Source of the DNA: Mobula hypostoma
Taxonomy: Eukaryota
Direction of reading: 5' to 3'
Assembly: GCF_963921235.1 (NCBI RefSeq)
Contig: NC_086108.1
Coordinates: forward strand, 53,818,001-53,882,000
DNA: 64,000 nucleotides
Part shown: one piece after another, positions 39,343-51,893 of the stretch
Layout: every line of letters starts with the position of its first letter
How positions within the stretch are numbered: position 1 is the first letter of the stretch
Position numbers and translations under genes: made by a program
Notes under the pieces: model-generated
The model's input: only the letters and a program-made list of their open reading frames with translations
Told to the model about the DNA's origin: nothing
The model's database searches: none

Positions 39343-40567
39343 GTAAGATCTCCATTAAAATGTTACGTAGGTTATGGGGATATGAAACAAGGAATTCTAG
39401 GTTCCAAAACCAATTTCATATTGGTGCGAAAAGCCAAAATTCAAGCCAATGCTTTGGGCCCAATCACAATGGGGTACAGCCTTATGTACTTCGATGTGAC
39501 ACATTCATTTGTAGATTATTTTGATTTGAGGCTCATGGGGGAGGGCATTTTGAAAAGATAGAGTTTCCTGCACATCTACACGGTTACATTATATCATAGA
39601 TGTCAGGTATGGGTGCACGTGTAAGCTCTTTGATGGGTTTGCAGCAAATGGAATTATGTAGAATTTATGATTAGAAAGAGATCATATGTGTGAACACCAT
39701 AAAATTTATAGCATTCTAGTCATGTCCCTGGTGCTTTTGGTGCCTCCTCCTGCCACCTCATTATGGAACTGGGCAAATTCCAAACACCTACATGTGAAGA
39801 TATTCTTTCTGCTCCTCAGTTCAGTACATGGAGCAGTATCAGGAAGTCAGGGGGCTTTCATATATCCATGAACCACTACTGGGATGACGTCCACCAGCAG
39901 CTGAAGATGAAGATGAAGTACTTCTCATTTATGATCTACAGGCACAACTCCCGTCAGCACCAACGAGCATTAATAACTTGGTGAAGGGTGGGATTTATGG
40001 AGGAAGAGTTGGAGAGTGGTACCAGAAAAACTTCGGAACAGGGACTTATCCACAAAGCTAACAAAAAAAAGGCATAGCTGGTGCCCATGGCAACTAACTT
40101 TGATTTGTAGAAAGTGAGAGGAGTCAAAAGAGAAGTCCGCTAGGAGAATGAGTCCCGATACAGGGTTTTGACCAAAACAATGACGGTTTCTTTCCTCCCA
40201 CGTATCCTGCAACACCCTTCCATTCCTCCAGTACATTGGGGATTGCTCTAGCATTCGTACATGCCAGCTCTTAGAAAAGTCCAAATCAAGGACAAAGACT
40301 TGAAGGGCACAAAGTTCTGTTTGCAACCTGCACCAGGTCAGATGAGCACAAACCAGCACCATTTTGGTGCTCATTTTCCAGTGAAATCCAATTTATTTTC
40401 TCTTGTCCTTTGCTGCCTTGTTGGCAATGGTATTGGTCATCATGAGAAAAAGTGACCTATGGAGTGTGAGATGATAGTAGCCTCCTCTCTGGATTAGACC
40501 ATAAGACCATCAAACATAGGAGCATTGAGTCTGCTGCACCTTTCCATCCTCATTTGCACTATACCAG

Positions 40568-40652
40568 ATACACACAAACTACTGGAGAAATTCAACAGGT
40601 CAGGCAGCATCTGTGGAGGGAAATGAACAGTTGACATTTTGGATCAAAACCT
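40568..40652 (-). mobile_element. decayed Penelope-like pLTR fragment
   Basis: actggagaaattcaacaggtcaggcagcatctgtggagggaaatgaacagttgacattttggatcaaaacct. Confidence 0.6.
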
Positions 40653-40995
40653 GTCATACTTCCAGAGATATATGCACACCTGATCTGATTTACACTTCAG
40701 ATGTGCATCAGATTACACACAACGTAATCTGATGCCCATCTAATTATATCAGTCTCCATGGAACACCCCATTTGGAACATAACACGGAAATTAAACTGGT
40801 GTGGATGATTGTTGATCATACACAGAATTGTATAATTATTCAGTATAACCTGCCTGCATTAATCCTCCATATATCTTTTAAATCTGGTCTAGGATAAATA
40901 TCATACTTCTTACCCTTTATTAACCTACCCGCACTAAACTATGGTACTGTTTTCACCACCTCCCTTGGTCACCGCCCTTACCTTCTATGCAAGTG

Positions 40996-41026
40996 CACAC
41001 ACACACACACGTGCACTTTCTTTCTT

Positions 41027-41079
<53 letters not shown>
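40996..41079. repeat. compound (CA)n/(TC)n/(CA)n microsatellite
   Basis: Directly visible in the sequence. Confidence 0.95.
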
Positions 41080-41081
<2 letters not shown>

Positions 41082-41540
41082 TTCAGACTCACTCACTTCT
41101 CATACATACACAGACATCCCACCCTGCAAAAACTCATTTCAGGGAGATAGCACCCCCCCCCCCCGTAATACTTTGTTTAGTGATTTTGTCTAATCTGTAA
41201 ACCAAGTTGGGTATATGCAGCAAATGTGACATTAAAATATGTACTTATATTATATTATCATGTTTATTCTATTACAACTTTAAGCAAGTCTACAAGGAGT
41301 TTGGCCTCATCACGTAGGACATCAATAGCGTAGCTCCTTAGCAGCTAGCCAGCTAGTTTAAATAACGTTAGCTATGCTGTAATGACACCTGTTAAACTCA
41401 CCTCAACATGTCTTTTACATTTTAACCCACCATGGGCAATAGAAAAGTCACTGTTGCAAACAGTGCAGCGAGCAACACTGTCATTATTTTTGAGGTCGAC
41501 TGTAAAGCCCGCCCAAGAGAAAACCGATAGGTCTACTTAG

Positions 41541-42145
41541 CAGGGGTCCCCAACATTTTTTGCACTGCGGACCGGTTTAATATTGACAATATTCTTGCGG
41601 ACCGGCCAACTCGGTGGGTGGGGGGGGGGTGTTAATCGCGACCGGAATATAGGTGATAAGTCAATAGCATCATAACATTTTAAGTAACGTTTAGATATTA
41701 AACACACAGCGCATATTTTCCTCGAATGAACATATAAAATCATTGCAACACACCAATATCGTTGAATCAGTGGGAGCCCTGGGCTTGTTTTCCTGCAACA
41801 AGACGGTCCCATCGAGGGGTGATGGGAGACAGCGATACTCGAAGGGGGTTCCTTATGTCCAGTCTATTCTGCAATTTAGTTTTTGTTGCATTCATTGCAT
41901 AAAACTCCGCTTCGCAACGATATGATGTTGGAAATAGAAGCAACGTTTTCAGTGCTTTCGTGGCTATCTCAGGATATTTAGCCTTGACTTTGATCCAGAA
42001 TGCCGGCAGAGATGTTATGTCAAACATACTTTTCAGCCCGCCATTATCTGCAAGCTCGAGGAGTTGATCTCCTTCCCGCGCTGACATGGATGATGCGCGG
42101 GTAATGACCTCGCGTGCATTCAAGTTCAACAGTGCGCGTGACAGG
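41541..42145 (-). mobile_element. hAT transposon (Buster/Charlie group), 3' end with transposase C-terminal dimerisation domain
   Basis: The TIR caggggtccccaac starts at 41541. The minus frame gives DQLLELADNGGLKSMF..SLPAFWIKVKAKYPEIATKALKTLLLFPTSYRCEAEF..TKTKLQNRLDI..LRVSLSPITPRWDRLVAGKQAQGSH* (ZBED5/SCAND3-like). Confidence 0.88.
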
Positions 42146-42149
42146 GATC

Positions 42150-42330
42150 TTCTGGGAGAAGTGGGATGTCTGCATACATCAAAACATGCAGCAAAGTGCA
42201 TTGTTTGCATTAACAACCAATACAACCTAAGCATGTGCTCGGGGCAGCCTGCTAGTGTCACTGCACATTCTGACACCACCATAGCATGCCCACAGTGTTC
42301 AGCAGAACAACATAAGCAACAACAACATAA
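42150..42330 (-). mobile_element. SINE 3' part
   Basis: Reverse complement of the 17900-18040 SINE tail (gtgggcatgctatg...tgcactttgctgcatgttttgatgtatg). Confidence 0.55.
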
Positions 42331-44089
42331 CAATGGCAACAAAACACATGCACATGCACAAAATCTTCTCCTGATCCTCTGACTGGCTCTGGCCTTGAGC
42401 TCCCCATTAATCCATCTGTCTTCCCCCACTCTTTCTCTATGATCAGCCCAGGCCCATTACACAATGATTTCCCACAGACCTTTCTCTCACTACACTGCCC
42501 ATCTGTGGCAGAACACCTGATCATTGAACCAACCTGACCTTGACTCTCAGGCCACTTATCCTTACCTTCTACCCTGCAACCACTAGTCATTTACCTGATT
42601 ATCTACTCTCGCTCCCTCCTGGTCTGCCTGGAGCCCACATGGGACTGAGGCAGCACACTTTCATTTGAAAATGTGCAGAGCTGATTCAGTATTGCCTCAG
42701 GCCTGGGCTTAAGGCAGTAGAGTTCCTGACACTATAACTACCCATAGCATTTGTAGGACACTGCACAATTTTTAGGCTAAGGATTTTAAAATATTACAAA
42801 AGGAATATGTTGATAAAACTAAATAATATTGGTTTAAGTGGGATTTATTTTCCCTTTAGTGTATTGCTTTGCAGTTAGTAACCTTACTTTACAAGACTAG
42901 ATCTGTGGCTGCAGTTCTCCCTTTGTGGTGCCACAGTGCATTTTGCTATGGTTATAATTTAAATCTCTTGCACCCCAAGGGCTCAGTTGTTCAATGAGTC
43001 ACTTCATGAGTTTGAGCCACTGATGCCAGACTGGTCCCAATTTTTAAATCTTTTTTTTGTGTTGCATTAGCTGATCTGACAAGCTGTTAGCAATCTCATT
43101 GATACTGGATTAAAAAGTGAAAAATAAAGTCAAACAGTTGTTGTCATTCCTGATCATTGCATCATGATTCCTGGTGTGGAGTTGAGAACGGGTTTGGGCT
43201 TGAAATAAATATTAAAGGGTTGGAAATCCTGTACCATCTTGCATGCGAGAAATGGACTAGGATACCACATGATATTCCAGTCAAAAGAAAAATCTCTTTT
43301 TCTTTAAAGAGGAGTCTTTGATTTCTTTTTAAATGTAAATTCAAAAGAACAAAATGGAGGAAGTAGAATGTGAAAATTTCCCTCTCATTGGTAGCACCCG
43401 ATTTTGGTGTGGAGGAGGTATAGGAATTACTGGCCTGTAATAAAATCTTGGAGCACATCTGCAACCCATCCATTGTTCACTTTTCATTCACACTTGTAGC
43501 TCTGAGGAGAGGTGGTGAGTGAAAATTTAACACTTTTCCTAGATGAGGGAATGGAAATCCTATGCAATTTTTTTAAAATCTTCAAGCTCATCCCAACCCC
43601 CACTAATACCCTTGTCATCTGCTTTTAGTATAGCACTGGCTGAGGTCTGGAAGATATTTTCCTACCTTGACCAAGTATGGTAAGTGATTTTGAGAAGGAT
43701 CAGGAGAGAAAAACAAAGCTTTTTCTTAAGTAGCTGTAAGGTTATATTGTATGGTGGCTAAATTTATGCACTGCAATCAGAGAATGGAGTTGGGTCACAT
43801 TTGTCACAACTTCCCCCTTTTCCACCACCGTTCATAAGTTGGTACAGGATGGCTGCGTCTGAAATTACAGATTATCTATGGTGAATCAGTTCTGAAGTGG
43901 AAATTATTCTAGCTGAGTGCAAGAAAACATTTTAAAAATTCTAACACCCTGTTTTGTTGATTAACCCCCCCACCCCCGCACTGAAGTGACTTATTTCATA
44001 AACAGAAGTGTAGATAACAAAAGCAGGGAGGTAATTTTGAATCATTATAAAGGAACTGGTTAGCTTACAGTTAAAACAGAGGTACAGGG

Positions 44090-44495
44090 TGGATAGGCAT
44101 GAGGCCTCACAGCTGCTGAAACCTGAGTTTGATCCTGAGCTCGGATACTGTCAGGGAAGCGTGTTCTCCTTGTTACTATGTGGATTTTGTCTGGATGCTC
44201 TAGTTTCCACCAGTATTACAAAAGCAAGCTGTGAGGCTAATTGGCATTTGTAAAATATCTCTTAGCATAGGTTAATGGCAAAGAGAATCAGAGGAGGGGA
44301 ACTGGACATGTGCAAGAGAATATGTTATAGCAGGGATTTCCAACCTTTTTATGTCTTGTACCAATGCCATGAAGCAAGGAGTCTGTGGACCCCAGGTTGG
44401 GACCCCTGTGTTAAAGGAAATGGACATCATATAGGACTGATGTCCATTTCCTGGGACTGCTGTGCATGGAACTGGTCTCCTTCTATTCCATAACA
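44090..44495 (+). mobile_element. SINE hosting a MITE
   Basis: gcctcacagctg..acctgagtttgatcctgagctcgg...ggatgctctagtttcc...ctaattggcatttgtaaaat. Confidence 0.55.
44331..44408. mobile_element. 78-bp hAT MITE with 8-bp Buster-type TSD
   Basis: TIRs are cagggatttccaacct and aggttgggacccctg. The flanks tgttatag (44323-30) and tgttaaag (44409-16) fit nnnTAnnn. Confidence 0.85.
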
Positions 44496-46099
44496 AATAA
44501 ACAAGTTAAATAAGGAATACTGCCTCCAGTTCTAATAATCTCACTTCAGAGTGTTGAAGGCATCAGAGATGCTATAAAAAAAATTTTACTTGAATGGCCC
44601 CAGGAATAGAGGATTTCAGCTTCAAAGTCAGACAAAAAAAAACAACTAGGGCTGTCCTGTTTGGAATAAAAAGGTTGAGAGAAGAGCATGGCATGTTTAA
44701 ATAAGATGTTGTAGAGATGTGTTCCCATTGGCAAATGGCTTATAGACCAGAGGACAAACTTTCAAATTGAAAGGCTGATGAAAGTGAATGATTATGATCC
44801 GGAATTCACTGCTTGTTAAGGATTTCAAAAGTGAACTGGGCATTTGAAGGAAAATAATAATCAGGGCTAAGGAGGAAGAGCAGGGGAATGGGACTGCTGG
44901 GATTACTCTGCCGAGAGCTGTTACATACTCAGGGAGCTGAATAGCCTCTTAAAATAATTTGATTACTTACCTGAACATGACCATAAGAACTAAGGTTCAT
45001 TTTAGTATTTCTGCTGCTGTATTAATGTATCTTCTCATCATCTGATATCCTTGATCCTCTGTGGCTGCATGAACTGCTACATTCAACATCCAAAAAGATT
45101 CTAACTTTAAGCATAATTATGAATATTGTTCAAAATTACAAGAGGCTAGATCTATGGGGACATGGGCAACAACATTCTGAGTGAATGAAACTTTTGAGAC
45201 ACAGCTCTGTGTACGGCTTCTATCTCACTATTACCAGACCTTTGAATGGACCTCTCATATGCTAAAGAATAAACTCTTGATCTCCCAATCTACCTCTTAG
45301 TGGTCCTTGCGTGTTATTTCTCTGCTTTGTATTGCATCTTCTCTGTAACTGCAACACTGTATTCTACAGTGTTTTCTTTTTGAAAACCTCAGTGTAATTA
45401 TCTATAGCATGATCTGCCTGGAGAGCATGAAAAACTAAAGGTTTTCACTGTATCTCGGTATAGGTACCAATAATAATCCAACACCAATAGATTCCTTTTG
45501 CATGTCTAACTATTTTAACTTTTTTTCCAATTTCAGTTCCCCCTCCCCACATGCATACACCCTTCCTAAGGCCTGATGGGTTCCTTCTGACTTCTGCTAT
45601 CTTTGTATTCTTTGTAATGGAAGTTCATCAAATGAGACAGCTAGGGAGCAGAGAGAGCATTAGCAAATGTAATCCTATTCTTGCCTTTGCATATTCAACC
45701 AGTTAACATTCAGTGGTGGCATGTAGACAGCTAGATTTCTGCTCCTGTCCTTCCCAGCCCATGATCTGAATGAACGACATCCTCCTACTGAATGTGGCTC
45801 GATTAACTCAACATGAGTCTGGAATTTAACATGGAATCTTTGTCTCCATGTGGGTCGGTTCCACACTGGATAATACATCCAACTGTTAGTCCAATAGTCA
45901 ATGGAATATTTTTCCAGAAAACATCTGTCACTGATAAACTTCATTCTTTACACCAAGCTCTGATTTTCAATGCTTTGACATGAATCAAAGTGTGAAGCAA
46001 CAGATACCTGAAGATAAATAAAACCAGAATAAACAGAGAATGAGGAAAAAAAATCACTCAGCTCAAGAATATTAACTCTCTGTATTTCCCTCCTTGCAG

Positions 46100-46136
46100 G
46101 ACCCCCACCGACTCCAAATTCAGGCAAGGCAACGCA
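46100..46136 (+). CDS. ROR1: ROR1 exon 4 micro-exon (37 bp, phase 1/2), Ig-to-CRD linker
   Basis: Acceptor tttccctccttgcag and donor CA|gtgagt. It reads (G)PPPTPNSGKAT(H/Q), matching ROR1 'FGPPPTASPG'. The phase-2 end agrees with the mammalian ROR1 exon 4/5 junction as recalled. Confidence 0.88.
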
Positions 46137-46554
46137 GTGAGTATTCGTCTACATATTGTTACCTATTTCCAGAGCTAACATTCATCGGGCATTCTTACTT
46201 CAGGCATACACAGTTGTACTTAAAGAGTTTCAAGGAACTTGGAAAATGGCATGGGGTTATTTTCAATAAGTTTAAAACATTCTTTCTTTTAAAGCAATCA
46301 TTTGTACATTGTTTCATTTGCAACCCGTTCGATATTGTTTTGCCAGTCTTTAAAAATGCTTTACTATGGTCCTTGCTTGTGATGAAACAAATTGCAATCG
46401 GGCCACAGTACTTGCTGTAGTGGTGGGCATTTGTTTCTCATGCTTTCACATATGATAATAAGACTGCTTAGTCTGTATGTTATTTTCTTCTCTTCTCTGT
46501 CAATGTTTTCTGCTTTCCAAAAAGTAGGTATTAATGATGGAGCTTTTACATCTT

Positions 46555-46870
46555 GCCACACGGTGGTGCTACACATAGTACAGCTGACTCACGAGTTCTA
46601 GGGATTTGATCCTGACTTTAGGCGCTCTCTCTTTGGAGTTCGCAGTATTCTTTCTATAACCATGAGACTTTCCGCCAGATTATCTGGTTTCCTTCCGCAT
46701 TCCAAAGACATGTTTGTAGGTTAATTGGATACTAATGTGCATCTACACAGCCATTTATTGAAATAAGTGGCAAAAGGATCGAAAAGGAGAGATGGTTATG
46801 TGAGATAAAATAATCAGGGCTAGCACAGACCCAATGAGCTGAGTGGCTTTCTTCTCTGCTGTTACCCCAT
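46555..46870 (+). mobile_element. SINE
   Basis: tttgatcctgactttaggcgctctctctttggagttcgca...tctggtttccttccgcattccaaagacatg..ggttaattgg. Confidence 0.6.
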
Positions 46871-47349
46871 CAAGCAGTGTATTCCAAATCACTGAATTTA
46901 AAAAAAAATCATTTGCAAACCACTAGGTAGGTAAGAAGAACATCTCCTCTTTTGCTCTTTGATACCTTTCTGTGATCTCTTTCTACCAAACGTTCTGCAA
47001 TGGAAATAGTTTCTTCTTACTTATCAAAAGCTCTCATGGTTTTGAAAGCCTCTTAAATATTTTGTTACCCACCTGGTTCCAAGGAAAAACAATCCAAAAT
47101 ACTCCATTCTCTCCAGATAGCTGAAGTCCCACCTTCCTGGTATACAATCAGGTAAATCTGCACTGCACCCTCTGTGAAGCCAAAACATTCTTTTTGAAAG
47201 ACAAAACCAAGCTATGTTTTTAAAATCTGTGTTCAGGATGACTAATTTTACTGGGCTGTATTTAGAAGTTTCAGGGCTTCAAGACACTCAAACCTTTAAT
47301 AAATGCACTAAATATGGATTTGGTGTCTTTCCATGAATTTTCTGTTTGG

Positions 47350-47650
47350 ATTGTAAGTGATATCAGTTTGATTCTGACCACATGTAGTATGTGTGGATCT
47401 TGCATATTCCCCTGTGACTGTCTGTCTTTCCCCCGGATGCTCTGGTTCCCTCTCACGTACCAAAAATGCGCTGACCATAAGGTGAATTGGCTACAATAAG
47501 TTGCTACCAGTGCAGGTGGCTGGTGGGAGAATCTGGGCATGGGAGAGAGAACGGGTTGCAGTAAGTACTTGGAGCAGTGGGATTGCTCTCAACGTTGGTA
47601 TGGAATTGATGAGCAGAATAGCTTCTTTCGATGTTGTGAAACAATATGAA
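47350..47650 (+). mobile_element. SINE
   Basis: gtttgattctgacc...tgtgtggatcttgcatattcccctgtgactg...cggatgctctggttccctctcac. Confidence 0.55.
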
Positions 47651-48599
47651 ATAATATGTTGGTACATGAACACAAATTTCACCTTTCTCTCCTTCCCTAC
47701 ACCCAATCCCATCCCTCCAACCCAATCCCACGATTTTGGGTGGAACTATCAGTAAGCAAGTTATAACCTAGCAAAATGCAGTCTATGCTCATAATTTGTA
47801 TCCTCAAATATTGTAGTAACACTCTTCTCCATTGTTCAAATGTGTGTTGCTTTGCCCTCAAATTACCTGTCTGTTATCAAGAGCTGCATGAGCCAGAAGG
47901 TCCTCCAGGTGAATGTCAGAAAACTTAAGACCTTCTTCTTGTGCTGCTGTCAGCACTTCTGAATCCCTGGCTTCATTCCCTTACCCTCTCTTAATTAAGC
48001 TGAGTCAGGAAAGACATGACCTTTCAGCATTGTGCTCAGCCACAAGCTCATATTCTCTTACCTTTCTGTTAACAAAACTGCTTCTGGGAGTTTTGTCAAT
48101 CTTCCCAGCATCTGCCAGTAGATCTTTGTTTATGTTGCCAAAGCCTACAGTATGTACACGTGTCAGTGCAACCACATTACATCTAATCTCTCCGCCTCAA
48201 CTTCATACAACTTTTACTTGTTCATGTCTTCATTTACTCCATCCTTCATTTTCATGTTCAGCCTTCTCCAACCTCTTTTCACTCCAGATGTCAAAGCATC
48301 TCAATTTTATAATTGAAATGCCTTGTACTATTACCTTCCTACGTTATGCCTCATTGCTTCTAATACTGAACTGTATCTTACTCTGCATACCCTCCACTGC
48401 ACAAGAAATGGCTGTTTGTTGAACAGGTACATTTTTGATTTCTGAAACTATTCATTCCTTCTGCATCGTTATCTCTTTCCTTGCTTCAATAATCTAAAAG
48501 ACATCTTTTGAATTTGTTTTTTCTTTGCTTTCTATTCCTAACCTTTCTGGTGGTTCTCAGTTTCTCTTATTTGGTATGTGCTATATTGCTTTCCTCAGC

Positions 48600-49188
48600 A
48601 CTTTCGCTCCACCTGCAACAAGGGATTTCCTGGTAGCCAACCATTTTAATTCCACTTCACACCCCTAATTTTCTGGCCTCTTCTACTGCTACAACTGAGG
48701 CCTCTCTCAGATTGGAGAAGCAATGCCTCATATTCTGTCTGGGTAGCCTCCAACCTGATGGTATGAACATTGATTTCTATATCACCCGGTCATTTATTCC
48801 CCCCCTTCTTTTTTTCCATTCCCCATTCTGACTCCCCTTTTTATCCCTTCTCTTCACCTGCTTATCACGTCCCTCCTCTTTCCCTTTCTCCCAGTGTCCA
48901 CTCTCTTCTTCTATCATATTCCTTCTTCAGCCCTTTACCTTTTCAAATGATCACATCCCAGCTTCTCACTTCAATCTCCCTCCCCGCCCACATACCTTGT
49001 CCCTCATCTGGCTTCACCTAACACCTTCCAGCTTGTGCTCCTTCCCCACATCCGCTTTCTTATCTAATGTTCATACCCTTCCTTTCCAGCCCTGATGAAG
49101 GATCACAGCCCAAAATGTAAAATGTCTATTCCTCTCCATTTTGTGTGTGTTACCCTGGAGTTCCAACAGCTGCAGAATCTCTTGTGGT
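48600..49188 (+). mobile_element. decayed Penelope-like element 3' end (GIY-YIG C-terminus plus pLTR)
   Basis: VANHFNSTSH...EASLRLEKQCLIFCLGSLQPDGMNIDF is followed by a pyrimidine tract, a degenerate hammerhead cagccCTGATGAaggatcacagcccAAAAtgt and the shared 3' end. Confidence 0.75.
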
Positions 49189-49974
49189 TATATATTGTTT
49201 TCCTTTCCTTCTTTCTTCACTATGTAAATAAAAATTGCAGTTGTAAATCAGGTGTCCCTCAGATTTGTGCTGAAGAAATGGCTGAAACATTTACAACCAT
49301 GTTCAGCCAGAAATGCCAAGCTGATCAGTTGATTATTTCTTATATGATACCTATCATTACAAAGGCCAGTCTCCAGTTTATTCATTCCATGAGAAATTAA
49401 GAAGCAGCTGAGAGCACTGGATACCAAGAAGGTGATGGAACCAGACAATATAAGACCATGAGATTATAGGAGATAGGAGTAGAATTGGGCCAATTGGTCC
49501 ATTGAGTCTGCTCCGCCATTTCATCATGGCTGATCCATTTTCCCTCTCAACCCCATTCTTTGCCTTGTCCCTGTAACTTTCATGCCCTGACTAGTCAACC
49601 TCTGCCTTAAAATACACAAGTGCCTAGCCTCCACAGCCATCTGTGGCAAAGAATTCCACAGATTCACCACCATCTGGCTGAAGAAATTCTTCCACATCTC
49701 CATTTTAAATGGGCATCCCTCTATTCTGAGACTGTGCCCTTTGGTCCTGGACTCCCCCACTATAGGAAACATCCTCTCCACATCCACTCTATCTAGACCT
49801 TTCAAAATTCGGTATGTTTCAATGCGAACCCCGCCCCCCCCCCCCCCATTCGTCCAGTGAGTCCAGGCCCAGAGACATCAAACACTCCTCATACAATAAT
49901 CCTTTCATTCCTGGAATCATTCTCATGAACCTCCTCTGAACCCTCTCCAGTGTCAGCACATCCTTTCTCACTTT

Positions 49975-50068
49975 CTCAACAACACACAAAAATGTTGGAG
50001 GAACTCAGCAGGTAAGACATCATCTGTGGAAATAAATTAACAGTCGACATTTTGGACCAAGACCCTTT
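49975..50068 (-). mobile_element. Penelope-like pLTR fragment nested in a CR1
   Basis: caacacacaaaaatgttggaggaactcagcagg...cagtcgacattttggaccaagaccctt. The host LINE resumes on both sides at cctttct. Confidence 0.7.
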
Positions 50069-51893
50069 CTTAGATAAAGGTCCTAAAACCGCTCACAATA
50101 CTCCAAATGAAGCCTCACCAGTGCCTTATGAAACCTCAACATTACATCTTTGCTTTTATATTCTAGTCCTCTCAAAATGAATGCTAACATTGCATTTGTA
50201 TTCCTCACCAGCAACTCAACCTGCAAGTTAACCATGAGGACTTTCAAGTCCCTTTACACTTTGGATTTTTGAATTTTCAGTTTAATCAGAAAATAGTCTA
50301 TGTATTTGTTCCTTCTACCAAAGTTCATGACCATACACTTCCTTACACTATATTCTATATGCCATTTCTTTGGCCATTCTCCTAATCTGTCTTAAATCCT
50401 TCTGCAGACTCTTGGCTTCCTCAGCACTATATACCACTCTACCTCTCTTAATATCGCCCACAAATGCAGAATAACACTCATCACTGGCAACCATCCAGAA
50501 AAGGCTCTGTTTATTCCCACTCTTTGTCTCCTTCCAATCAGCCAATCCTCTGTCCATGCTAATACCTTTCCTGTAATACCATGGACTCTTGTTAAGCAGC
50601 CTCAGGTGTGGCACCTTGTCAAAAGCCTTCTGTAAATCTCACAACACCAACTGATTCTTATTTGTCTATCCTGCCTGTTATTTCTTCAATGAATTCCAAC
50701 AGATTTCTCAGGCAAGATTTTCCTTTGAGGAATCCATGCTGACTGTGCCCTATTTTATCATGTGCATCCAAGTAACCCGAAACCTCATCTTTAATAATGG
50801 ACTCCCAATATCTTCCCAGCCACTGAGGTCAGGTTAACTGGCCTATAATTTTCTTTCTTCTGCCTCCTTCCCTTCTTGGAGTGATATTTGCAATTTTTCT
50901 GTCCTCCAGAACCATGCCAGAATCTAGTGATTTTTGAAAGTTTATTAGTGAGTCCACAGTCTCCCCAGCGACCTCCTTCAGGACCCTGAGATGCAGTCTA
51001 CCTGGCCCAGGTGACTTATCCACCTTCAGACCTCTGAGCTTACCAAGCACCTTCTCCCTAGTAATAGCAAATGCACTCTCTCCTGCCCCCTGACACTCTC
51101 AAACTTCTGGCATACTGCTAATATCTTCCACAGTGAAGATTGATGCAAAATACTTATTCAGTTTGCCCGCCATTTCCTTGCTCCACATTGCTAACTCTCC
51201 AGTTTGCAATGTCCAATATCTACCCTCACCTCTCTGTTACTCTTTAAATATCTGAAAAAACATTTGGTATCCTCTCTGATATTATTCAATAGCTTTCCTT
51301 CATATTTCATCTTTTCCCACCTTATGGCTTTTTAGTTGCCTTGTTGGTTTTTAAAAGCTTCCCAGTCCTCTAACTTTCCACTAAGTTTTGCTATATTTTT
51401 GCCCTCTTTTTGCTTTTATGCTATCTTTGACTTCCCTTGTCAGCCATGATTCAACACTTGTTCTTTGGGAAGTATTTATCCTACGCCTTCTGACTTTCTC
51501 CCAGAAACTCCAGCCATTGCTGTTCTGCTGTCATCCTTGCTAGTGACCACTTCCAATCAATTTCGGCCAGCTCCTCTTTCATGTTTCTAAAATTCCCTTT
51601 AATCCACTGTAATACTGATACATCTGACTTTAACTTCTCCCTCTCAAATTGCAGGGGGAATGCTTCATAGGGGTTCTTTTACCTCAAGCTCCCAAATCAA
51701 ATCCAGTTCATTAGACAACACTCAATCAAGAATAGCCTTTTCTGGAGTGGACTCAACCACAAGCTGATCTAAAAAGCCATCTTGTAGACCTTTTGCAAAT
51801 TTTCTCTCTCTTGGGATCCAGCACCAAACCTGATTTTCCCAATCTATCTGCATATTGAAGACCTCTATGACTATCCTAACATTGCGCTTTTGA

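Noticed and set aside
39343..39524. Read-through of the exon 3 ORF (147 aa) as a secreted Ig-only isoform
   Set aside because: Similarity to ROR1 stops exactly at the G|gtaag donor, and there is no evidence for intron retention in the sequence alone.
41767..42429. 220-aa ORF as a domesticated ZBED/SCAND3-like gene
   Set aside because: It is a chance fusion. The N-terminal half is SINE and simple-repeat sequence, only the last roughly 100 aa are hAT, the catalytic core is missing and a TIR lies just downstream.
47913..48422. 169-aa ORF
   Set aside because: Low-complexity S/L/F composition from pyrimidine-rich decayed repeat DNA, with no domain or splice support.
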